A stretch of DNA of 64,000 nucleotides from Candidatus Hydrogenedens sp. (GTDB taxonomy: Bacteria > Hydrogenedentota > Hydrogenedentia > Hydrogenedentales > Hydrogenedentaceae): assembly GCA_049968235.1 (NCBI GenBank), contig JBMFRC010000012.1, forward strand, positions 1 to 64,000, given 5' to 3'. The notes beneath the pieces are model-generated. The model made no database searches, was not told the DNA's origin, and worked only from the letters and a program-made list of their open reading frames with translations. Position numbers and translations under genes: made by a program. This document shows positions 41,343 through 49,611 of this stretch, one piece after another. Numbering within the stretch: the stretch's first letter is position 1; each line of letters starts with the position of its first letter.

Positions 41343-44300
41343 ATGAGTCCATTTCGAAGTCATGTATTAATCTGTGCAGGTGCAGGATGCGTGGCATCAG
41401 GTTCGATGGAAGTAAGTTCCGCCTTTTCGGAGGCACTTGCCAAACATGGGCTAAATGAAGAAATTCAAGTAGTCCATACAGGATGTTTAGGACCCTGTGC
41501 TATTGGTCCCGTGGTCGTGATTTATCCAGATGCTATTTTTTATCAAGGTGTTAAAACAACAGATGTTGAAGATATTGTTGTTGAGCATCTGTTAAAAGGT
41601 CGGCCTGTTAGTCGCTTGAATTTCAAATCTACTACCACATCACAAATTATTCCTGCACTGCAGGAGATTGGTTTTTTCAAGCAACAGACAAAGATAGTTT
41701 TAAGGAACTGTGGTATTATAGACCCTACAAAAATTGAGGAGTATATTGCGAGAGATGGGTATCAGGCTTTAGCAAAAGTACTGACAAAAATGACTCCACA
41801 GCAGGTAGTAGAAGAAGTGAAAAAATCTGGACTTCGGGGAAGAGGTGGTGCAGGATTCCCAACAGGTATAAAGTGGGAGTTAACTCAAAAAGCCCACGGA
41901 GATAAGAAATATGTTCTTTGTAATGCTGATGAAGGTGACCCGGGCGCATTTATGGACAGAAGTGTTTTGGAAGGTGACCCCCATAGTGTTATTGAAGCTA
42001 TGATTATAGCAGGATATGCCATTGGTTCTGACCAGGGATATATTTATGTTCGAGCAGAATATCCTTTAGCGGTAGAGAGATTAAATATAGCGATAAAGCA
42101 AGCCAGAGAATATGGTTTGTTAGGTAAGAATATTATGGGAACGAATTTTAATTTCGACCTTGAAATACGAATGGGTTCAGGTGCTTTTGTGTGTGGAGAA
42201 GAAACCGCATTGATGCGTTCTATCGAAGGGAAACGCGGAGAACCCAGACCCCGTCCACCGTTCCCTGCATATAAAGGTTTATGGGAAAAACCCAGTTTAT
42301 TAAATAATGTAGAAACCTATGCAAACATCCCTGTAATTATATTAAAAGGTGCTGATTGGTTTGCTTCCATAGGAACAGGTAAAAGTAAAGGAACAAAAGT
42401 GTTTGCCTTAGCAGGTGCTGTAAACAACACAGGATTGGTCGAAATTCCGATTGGTACACCATTAGGTGAAATTATTTATGATATTGGCGGTGGAATTCCG
42501 CGAGGCAAACAATTTAAGGCAGCGCAAATTGGAGGTCCTTCCGGCGGTTGTATTCCAAAACAACATCTGAATGTGCCGGTAGATTACGAGTCATTACAGG
42601 AATTAGGAGCGATTATGGGTTCCGGTGGATTAATTGTTATGGATGAAGACACATGTATGGTCGATATGGCTCGTTTCTTCCTTGACTTTGTTCAGGATGA
42701 GTCATGTGGAAAATGTGTCCCATGCCGGGTCGGAACGAAAAGAATGTTGGAAATTGTGACAAGGATTTGTGAGGGTCGGGGAGAAGAAGGCGATATTGAA
42801 AAACTTATTGAATTAGGACAACAGATTAAAGATGCATCGTTATGTGGATTAGGGCAGACAGCTCCAAACCCTGTTCTTTCTGCAATACGGCACTTCCGTG
42901 ATGAATTTGAAATTCATATTCGTGAACATAAATGTCCGGCGGGTGTCTGTCCATCTCTTGTTCGTGCTCCTTGTATGAGTGCTTGCCCGGCAAATGTTTA
43001 CATTCCGGGTTTTGTCTCATTAATATCTGAAAAACGATATGCGGAAGCACTTCGTGTGCATCGTGACCAGAACCCCTTTGCATCTGTATGTGCCCGTGTG
43101 TGTTTCCATACTTGTGAGGACAAATGTAGAAGAGCTACTCTGGATGAAGCGGTATCCATACGCGGATTGAAGCGATTTATGGTAGAGCAAGAAGTTACAA
43201 TACAACTACCTGAAATTCGTGAAAATGAACAAAATCTTCGCAAAAAGGTGGCTATTATAGGAGCAGGTCCTGCAGGTCTAACCTGTGCTTATTTCCTTGC
43301 ACGATTAGGCTATCAACCCCGTGTTTTTGAATCTGCACCCAGGCCCGGCGGTATGTTAGTTCAAACAATTCCCGCTTATCGGTTACCCCGAGAAGAATTG
43401 GCTCGAGAAATTCGTATGATAGAAAGAATGGGCGTTGTCATAGAAACTGAAAAAGCCTTAGGTCGTGATTTTACATTACAAAGCCTTCGTGATGATGGAT
43501 ATGAGGCTATTTTTCTCGGAATAGGTGCTCCATCAGGTCAAAAATTGAGAATTCCAGGCGAAGATGCGGATGGCGTTGTCGAAGCCATAGACTTCCTTCG
43601 TGAATACAATCTCCGTGGTTCTGTTCCTGTAGGGAAAAATGTTGTTATTATAGGAGGTGGTAATGCAGCTATTGATGCGGCAAGAACTGCCATTCGTTTA
43701 GGAGCAAAAAAAGCAACGATTCTTTACCGCAGAACAAGAGAAGAGATGCCTGCGTATAAAGAAGAGATCGAAGAAGCAGTTAATGAAGGTGTTATTTTAA
43801 AAATGTTAGTAACTCCACTGGAGATTTTGACAGAAAACGGAAAAGTTGTTGGTGTAAAATGTCAACACATGTGGTTAGGAGAATATGACCGTTCCGGTAG
43901 AAGAAGACCTGAAGCCAAAAAGGGTGAAGAACCCTTTGTTGAAGAAGCAGACCAGGTTATTGCAGCAATAGGGCAAACTGTTGATTTAAAACGTTACCTG
44001 GATGGATTAAATGTTAAGTTAACACCTTCTGGTTTCTTGTGGGTAGACCAATTATATGGTCAGACCTCTATTGAATGGTTATTTGCAGGTGGTGATATTA
44101 GTTCAGGTCCTTCTTCCGTAGCAGAAGCAATCGGTGCTGGTGAAAGAGCTGCAGTTGGAATTGATAAGTATCTTACTGGAGAAGAACATGCTTTCTGGCG
44201 CGAACCCTATATGGTAGATACAGAATTTGACCCAGATTCCGACCCGGTAGATTTCCCAAGAGCAAAAATGAAACTTTTACCTGTTGAAAAGAGGGTACAC

Positions 44301-44414
44301 AACTTTAATGAAGTTGAAATCCCGTTTACGGAAACATTAGCGGTAAGAGAGGCACGCCGTTGCTTACGTTGTGATTATCGTGAAACAAAAATAAGTTTAA
44401 ATACACAACAATAA
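41343..44414 (+). CDS. hndC: NuoF-like flavoprotein subunit (HndC-like) fused to a C-terminal GltD/NfnB-like NAD(P)H oxidoreductase. The tracked ORF starts at 41307; the RBS-supported start is 41343.
   Basis: The N-terminal thioredoxin-like 2Fe-2S domain reads LICAGAGCVASG...CLGPCAIGP. The NuoF core carries GRGGAGFPTGIKW and ESCGKCVPCRVGT. A 2x[4Fe-4S] region follows, then the GltD-like part: CARVCFHTCEDKCRR, FAD GxGxxG (AIIGAGPAGLTCAYFLA) and NAD(P) GxGxxA (VVIIGGGNAAIDAAR). AAGGAG lies 7 nt before the 41343 ATG. Confidence 0.85.
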   Translation: MSPFRSHVLICAGAGCVASGSMEVSSAFSEALAKHGLNEEIQVVHTGCLGPCAIGPVVVIYPDAIFYQGVKTTDVEDIVVEHLLKGRPVSRLNFKSTTTSQIIPALQEIGFFKQQTKIVLRNCGIIDPTKIEEYIARDGYQALAKVLTKMTPQQVVEEVKKSGLRGRGGAGFPTGIKWELTQKAHGDKKYVLCNADEGDPGAFMDRSVLEGDPHSVIEAMIIAGYAIGSDQGYIYVRAEYPLAVERLNIAIKQAREYGLLGKNIMGTNFNFDLEIRMGSGAFVCGEETALMRSIEGKRGEPRPRPPFPAYKGLWEKPSLLNNVETYANIPVIILKGADWFASIGTGKSKGTKVFALAGAVNNTGLVEIPIGTPLGEIIYDIGGGIPRGKQFKAAQIGGPSGGCIPKQHLNVPVDYESLQELGAIMGSGGLIVMDEDTCMVDMARFFLDFVQDESCGKCVPCRVGTKRMLEIVTRICEGRGEEGDIEKLIELGQQIKDASLCGLGQTAPNPVLSAIRHFRDEFEIHIREHKCPAGVCPSLVRAPCMSACPANVYIPGFVSLISEKRYAEALRVHRDQNPFASVCARVCFHTCEDKCRRATLDEAVSIRGLKRFMVEQEVTIQLPEIRENEQNLRKKVAIIGAGPAGLTCAYFLARLGYQPRVFESAPRPGGMLVQTIPAYRLPREELAREIRMIERMGVVIETEKALGRDFTLQSLRDDGYEAIFLGIGAPSGQKLRIPGEDADGVVEAIDFLREYNLRGSVPVGKNVVIIGGGNAAIDAARTAIRLGAKKATILYRRTREEMPAYKEEIEEAVNEGVILKMLVTPLEILTENGKVVGVKCQHMWLGEYDRSGRRRPEAKKGEEPFVEEADQVIAAIGQTVDLKRYLDGLNVKLTPSGFLWVDQLYGQTSIEWLFAGGDISSGPSSVAEAIGAGERAAVGIDKYLTGEEHAFWREPYMVDTEFDPDSDPVDFPRAKMKLLPVEKRVHNFNEVEIPFTETLAVREARRCLRCDYRETKISLNTQQ

Positions 44415-44431
44415 TAAAAGGAGAATAAGCC

Positions 44432-46204
44432 ATGCCAAAATTAACTATAGATGGAATTCCCGTAGAAGTTCCGGAAGGAACAACAATACTTCAAGCGGCA
44501 AAGCAAATAGGATTAAAAATACCGACACTTTGTTATCTTGAAGAAGTTCAAGCCATCGGTGCCTGTCGTGTTTGCGTTGTTGAAGTTGAAGGAGCACGAA
44601 CTTTGGTCGCTTCTTGTGTTGCTCCTGTTGCGGAAGGAATGAAAGTCCATACAAATTCAAAAAGAGCCCGTGAGGCACGAAAAACAGTTGTAGAATTGTT
44701 ACTATCCGACCATGATGGCGATTGCCAGATTTGTGTTCGAAATGAAGATTGTGAACTTCAGGAATTGGCACGAACACTTGGGATAAAGGAAATTCGCTAT
44801 CAAGGTGAGAAGAGAAAACGGATTGTGGATGAAAGCACTCCCGCTGTTGTTCGTGATACATCGAAATGTGTCTTATGTAGAAGATGTATAACGGTTTGCA
44901 ATGAGGTTCAGGGTGTTGGCGGACTGTTCCCACAAAATCGTGGCTTTGAAACGGTAATAGGTCCCGCATTTTGTAGTGATTTGGATGATGTCGTATGTGT
45001 TCAGTGTGGTCAATGTAGTGCGGTTTGTCCTGTGGGTGCTATTGTAGAAAGAGACCAGATTGCGGATGTCTTTTCTGCATTAGATGACCCGACAAAAACA
45101 GTCGTTGTCCAGACAGCCCCTGCAATTCGTGCCGCATTGGGAGAATGTTTTGGTTTACCACCCGGAACTTTAGTAACAGGGAAGATGGTTACCGCACTTC
45201 GTAGACTGGGTTTCCATGCCGTTTTTGATACTAACTTTGCCGCTGACCTTTGTATTATGGAAGAAGGTACAGAACTGCTAACTCGATTGAAGAAAAAACT
45301 GGTAGATGGGGAGAATATTGCTCTTCCTATGTTTACCAGTTGTTCTCCGGGGTGGATTAAGTTTTTAGAACATTTCTACCCGGATATGATTCCAAATGTA
45401 TCTACATGCAAATCCCCACAGCAAATGTTTGGTGCTATAGCAAAGACCTATTATTCCAAGAAAATTGGTAAGAAACCCGAAGATATTGTTGTTGTTTCTA
45501 TTATGCCCTGTACAGCGAAGAAATATGAACATCAGCGTCCCGAGATGAACAGTTCCGGTGTTCGTGATGTGGACTATGTGCTTACAACGCGTGAATTGGG
45601 TCGGATGATAAAACAGGCAGGCATTGATTTTGTAAATCTACCCGATGACAAGCAAGACTCACCATTAGGACTATCCTCTGGTGCTGCGGATATTTTTGCG
45701 AATACCGGGGGTGTTATGGAAGCGGCAATTCGAACTGTTTATGAAATAGTAACAGGACGCGAATTACCATTCGATGGACTTCATGTTGCTCCTATCGAAG
45801 GATTAGAAGGAATCAAGGAAGCCTCCTTGAAGATAGAAAAATGTGTGCCTGAATGGTCTTTCTTAGAAGGGGCTACCGTAAATGTTGCTGTGGCTCATGG
45901 ATTGGGTAATGCCAGAGCATTAATAGAGCGAGTTCGCTCAGGTGAAAAGGCGTATCACTTTATAGAAATTATGACCTGTCCCGGTGGATGTATTGGTGGA
46001 GGAGGACAACCTCGCTTTACAGATAATTCAGTTCGTCTTGCTCGTATTCAGGCCATATACAAAGAGGATGAAGGGAAACAACTTCGTAAGTCCCATGTAA
46101 ATCCTGACATACAAAAATTGTATAAGGAATTTTTAGGACATCCGAATAGTGAAGTTTCACATCATCTATTACATACGCATTACAATCCGAGAACAAAAGT
46201 ATAA
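44432..46204 (+). CDS. hndD: [FeFe]-hydrogenase catalytic subunit, M3 architecture (HndD/HydA-like), with non-canonical L1 motif TSCSPGW
   Basis: It has an N-terminal 2Fe-2S domain, a His-ligated 4Fe-4S (HDGDCQICVRNEDC) and two ferredoxin-like 4Fe-4S clusters. The H-cluster motifs are L2 MPCTAKKYE and L3 EIMTCPGGCIGG. The L1 motif reads FTSCSPGW. Confidence 0.88.
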   Translation: MPKLTIDGIPVEVPEGTTILQAAKQIGLKIPTLCYLEEVQAIGACRVCVVEVEGARTLVASCVAPVAEGMKVHTNSKRAREARKTVVELLLSDHDGDCQICVRNEDCELQELARTLGIKEIRYQGEKRKRIVDESTPAVVRDTSKCVLCRRCITVCNEVQGVGGLFPQNRGFETVIGPAFCSDLDDVVCVQCGQCSAVCPVGAIVERDQIADVFSALDDPTKTVVVQTAPAIRAALGECFGLPPGTLVTGKMVTALRRLGFHAVFDTNFAADLCIMEEGTELLTRLKKKLVDGENIALPMFTSCSPGWIKFLEHFYPDMIPNVSTCKSPQQMFGAIAKTYYSKKIGKKPEDIVVVSIMPCTAKKYEHQRPEMNSSGVRDVDYVLTTRELGRMIKQAGIDFVNLPDDKQDSPLGLSSGAADIFANTGGVMEAAIRTVYEIVTGRELPFDGLHVAPIEGLEGIKEASLKIEKCVPEWSFLEGATVNVAVAHGLGNARALIERVRSGEKAYHFIEIMTCPGGCIGGGGQPRFTDNSVRLARIQAIYKEDEGKQLRKSHVNPDIQKLYKEFLGHPNSEVSHHLLHTHYNPRTKV

Positions 46205-46223
46205 GATAAGATTTAATAATAAA

Positions 46224-46247
46224 GGGGAGTGTGAGTGAGCACTCCCC
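46224..46247 (+). terminator. Stable hairpin after hndD: 8-bp GC-rich stem GGGGAGTG / CACTCCCC with an 8-nt loop and no U-tract
   Basis: It lies 20 nt downstream of the hndD stop. It may be a partial terminator or an RNA-stability element. Confidence 0.4.
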
Positions 46248-46329
46248 ATACAATCCTATGAAGTTGTATAATAGGAATATAGGTAGGAGTAAGTAGGTTT
46301 ATGAGTGTCTAATATTTAGGAAAGAAAAA

Positions 46330-46725
46330 ATGGAAAATAAAATTATAATGGTCGTTGATGATGATATTGATGTTCAGGATTTCTGTAAAATTGTATTAGG
46401 AAGAGAGGATTATCAGGTTATAACATTTTCCAACTCAGAGAGTGCACTCGAATATTTATCGTCGAACACTCCCTCTGTAATTATTACCGATTTAATGATG
46501 GGTGGAATTGATGAGGGTGTCCAATTTGTTAATAAGATTAGAGGATTCGATAATGAGAAGGCAAAAATTCCAATTATAATGATTACAGGCATAAATTCAA
46601 AATTAGGATATGACATCACTCCCCGTTCCGATGAAGAAAAAAAACAAATGAAAATCGATGAATTTATATCAAAACCTTTAAATCCAAAACAGTTAATAAC
46701 AGCACTAAAAAAAGTAATCAAATAG
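46330..46725 (+). CDS. Stand-alone response-regulator receiver (REC) domain protein
   Basis: The acidic pocket reads VVDDD. The phospho-acceptor Asp lies in VIITDLMM, and a conserved Lys is present. It is 131 aa with no output domain. Confidence 0.8.
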   Translation: MENKIIMVVDDDIDVQDFCKIVLGREDYQVITFSNSESALEYLSSNTPSVIITDLMMGGIDEGVQFVNKIRGFDNEKAKIPIIMITGINSKLGYDITPRSDEEKKQMKIDEFISKPLNPKQLITALKKVIK

Positions 46726-46777
46726 AAATTTGTTTCGTATAGATACTGTTTAATTTATAAATATAAGGAAATGAGTT

Positions 46778-48175
46778 ATGAGTTCAAATGTAGAAACTGT
46801 TCCTATTAATGAGGAATTTATTTTTGATACTTTAAAAAATAGTGTCAAGAAAGATGCGGTTTACATCAAAGAAATTCTTGCAAAAGCCCTTGAATTAAAG
46901 GGATTAGATGCGACAGAAGTAGCCACGCTTGCAACAATAAGTGACCCTGACCTGTTAAAAGAACTTTTCGATACAGCCCGAAAAGTCAAAGAGGAGATTT
47001 ACGGTAAACGATTAGTTCTTTTTGCCCCACTTTATGTATCAAATCTTTGCAAGAATGAATGCTTATATTGTGCTTTCCGTAAAAGTAACAAGATGGTTCG
47101 TAGAAAAGCATTGACACAAGAAGAAGTCCGTAGAGAGGTTGAAACATTGGTTGACCAGGGGCATAAACGCATTCTATTAGTGGCAGGCGAGTCCTATCCT
47201 TCCGAAGGATTTGATTATGTTATTCATTGTATCGAAACAATATATAGTGTAAAGCGGGATAGGGGAGAGATACGACGCGTAAATGTGAATATAGCACCCT
47301 TATCGTTAGAGGAATTTAAAAGGCTGAAATCAGCAAAAATTGGGACATATCAGTTATTTCAAGAAACATACCACAGAGAAACATACCAAAAAGTCCATGT
47401 AGGTGGACTTAAAAAGGATTTTGACTGGAGAATTACCGCTATGGACCGTGCTATGAAAGCTGGCATTGATGATGTGGGTGTTGGCGTTCTTTTTGGCTTA
47501 TTTGATTGGAGATTTGAAATACTTGCTTTAATGCAACATATTAAACATTTAGAAGATACCTTCGGTGTAGGATGTCACACGATAAGTGTACCTCGCCTTG
47601 AACCTGCTATAGGTTCAGACCTGGCTTCACATCCCCCTTATCCGGTATCAGACCTTGATTTCAGAAAAATTGTAGCTATACTAAGACTTGCTGTGCCCTA
47701 TACAGGAATAATAATGTCCACTCGTGAAACTCCCAATATACGAAGAGAAACCTTTGCACTGGGTGTATCACAAATATCAGCAGGCAGTAGAACGAATCCA
47801 GGTGGGTATACAGGCAGTGAAGAAGAGGATATGAGCCAATTCTCATTAGGTGACCATCGCAGTCTGGATGAGGTTATTCGTGATGTTACAAAATTAGGTT
47901 ATATCCCATCCTTCTGCACGGCTTGTTATCGTTTAGGCAGAACAGGTGCTGACTTTATGGACCTTGCCAAGCCGGGTCTTATCAAGAACCATTGTGAAGT
48001 TAATGCTTTAAGCACTTTTGCTGAATATCTGGAAGATTATGCATCCTCCGAAACAAAACAAATAGGTTGGGCAAAGATTGAGGAAATTTTAAATACAATG
48101 CCTGAAGTTCGGAAAAAACGTACCGAAGGGATGTTGGCTCGTGTAAAAGCCGGTGAACGGGATGTATATGTGTAA
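46778..48175 (+). CDS. hydG: [FeFe]-hydrogenase maturase HydG (radical SAM tyrosine lyase, ThiH-like)
   Basis: The radical SAM motif is CKNECLYC. The ~465 aa length and a C-terminal auxiliary-cluster Cys motif (FCTACYRLGRTG) fit HydG. It sits in the hyd cluster. Confidence 0.85.
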   Translation: MSSNVETVPINEEFIFDTLKNSVKKDAVYIKEILAKALELKGLDATEVATLATISDPDLLKELFDTARKVKEEIYGKRLVLFAPLYVSNLCKNECLYCAFRKSNKMVRRKALTQEEVRREVETLVDQGHKRILLVAGESYPSEGFDYVIHCIETIYSVKRDRGEIRRVNVNIAPLSLEEFKRLKSAKIGTYQLFQETYHRETYQKVHVGGLKKDFDWRITAMDRAMKAGIDDVGVGVLFGLFDWRFEILALMQHIKHLEDTFGVGCHTISVPRLEPAIGSDLASHPPYPVSDLDFRKIVAILRLAVPYTGIIMSTRETPNIRRETFALGVSQISAGSRTNPGGYTGSEEEDMSQFSLGDHRSLDEVIRDVTKLGYIPSFCTACYRLGRTGADFMDLAKPGLIKNHCEVNALSTFAEYLEDYASSETKQIGWAKIEEILNTMPEVRKKRTEGMLARVKAGERDVYV

Positions 48176-48180
48176 ATCTT

Positions 48181-49602
48181 ATGTCAGACTACCGAATTGA
48201 AACCGACTTATTGGGTGAAAAAAAGATACCTGCGGATGTCTATTGGGGTATACATACTGCTCGTGCAGTAGAAAATTTTCCTGTTTCCCGACTCTCGGTT
48301 CATTCAGAATTAATCCAATCTTATGGAATTGTAAAACTTGCATGTGCAAAAATAAATTATTCGTTAGGATACTTATTACATCCTCCTGATAAATCATCTG
48401 CCATATTTAACGCTTGCGAAGAAGTAGCAATTGGTAAATGGAATGACCATATTATCGTGGATGCTCTACAGGGTGGAGCAGGAACCAGCACAAATATGAA
48501 TATTAATGAGGTTATTGCCAACCGTGCCCTAGAAATATTGGGCTTACCACGGGCAAAATATGACATTATTTCCCCATTAGATGATATAAATCTTCACCAA
48601 TCGACTAACGATACTTATCCTACCGCCCTGAAACTTGCTACGATAAGGATGTTAAGAAAATTAGAATCAGAAATTATTCTTCTTTTAGAGACATTTCAAA
48701 CACTTGAAAAACAATTTTCGGACATAGTAAAAATTGGAAGGACAGAACTTCAAGATGCAACGCCTATTACATTAGGTAGGGAGATGGGTGCTTATGCAGA
48801 TGCCCTAGTAAGAGACCGTTGGCGTATCTATAAGTGTGAAGAAAGATTGCGAGTAGTTAATTTAGGAGGCACCGCAATAGGAACAGGTTTAGGAGCACCA
48901 AGGGATTATATTTTCCGTGTTGTAGATAATCTGCGAGAGTTATCAAATATCGGTTTTTCGCGAGCAGAAAATTTAGTAGATGCAACTCAAAATCTCGATG
49001 TATTTGGGGAAGTATCAGGTATCATTCGTTCCTATGCCATAACGCTTAATAAAATAGCCAATGATTTGAGACTAATGTCATCCGGACCCGAAGCAGGTCT
49101 CCGTGAAATTCAACTTCCACAATTACAAGCGGGTTCATCTATTATGCCAGGGAAAGTGAACCCTGTTTTGCCTGAAGCGGTATGCCAGGTTGCAATGCTA
49201 ACATTTGGATTCGACCAGATTATCACATATGGCTGTTCTTCCGGAAACCTTGAACTAAATCCTTTTGTCCCTTTGATTGCTCATTGTTTGTTAAATATGA
49301 TTGAAATGTTAACAAATGTAACAAAATTATTTACGGAAAAATGTATTAAAGGAATTTCGCCGAACCGAGAGGTTTGTGTTTCCTATGTGAATAATTCTAC
49401 AGCAACTCTAACCGCACTTATACAGAAGATAGGATATGAAAAAGCATGTATGATTGCTAAAAAAACAAGTAATTTGAAAAAGAGTATTCGAGAAATTGTA
49501 TTGGAAGAAGGAGTTTTGACTCCTGAAGAATTTGATACTCTTTTAAGTCCTGAGTCCGTTTGTAAATTAGGATTTGTTGACACCAGTAATGAGATAGATT
49601 AG
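48181..49602 (+). CDS. aspA: Aspartate ammonia-lyase-like protein (fumarase/aspartase superfamily)
   Basis: The N-terminus IETDLLGEKKIPADVYWGIHTARAVENF is aspartase-like. The superfamily signature GSSIMPGKVNP is present. Confidence 0.78.
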   Translation: MSDYRIETDLLGEKKIPADVYWGIHTARAVENFPVSRLSVHSELIQSYGIVKLACAKINYSLGYLLHPPDKSSAIFNACEEVAIGKWNDHIIVDALQGGAGTSTNMNINEVIANRALEILGLPRAKYDIISPLDDINLHQSTNDTYPTALKLATIRMLRKLESEIILLLETFQTLEKQFSDIVKIGRTELQDATPITLGREMGAYADALVRDRWRIYKCEERLRVVNLGGTAIGTGLGAPRDYIFRVVDNLRELSNIGFSRAENLVDATQNLDVFGEVSGIIRSYAITLNKIANDLRLMSSGPEAGLREIQLPQLQAGSSIMPGKVNPVLPEAVCQVAMLTFGFDQIITYGCSSGNLELNPFVPLIAHCLLNMIEMLTNVTKLFTEKCIKGISPNREVCVSYVNNSTATLTALIQKIGYEKACMIAKKTSNLKKSIREIVLEEGVLTPEEFDTLLSPESVCKLGFVDTSNEID

Positions 49603-49611
49603 GAAGGAAAT

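Noticed and set aside
41258-41458. 66-aa ORF spanning the GH-like/hndC junction, and the ATG at 41307 as the hndC start
   Set aside because: The 66-aa ORF has no SD and overlaps two better-supported genes. The hndC start at 41343 has a canonical AAGGAG 7 nt upstream and begins the conserved thioredoxin-like domain.
46224-46247. Hairpin after hndD considered as a rho-independent terminator separating hndD from the REC gene and the hyd maturases
   Set aside because: It has a strong stem but no downstream U-tract. It is kept only as a low-confidence terminator or stability element. The operon may read through.
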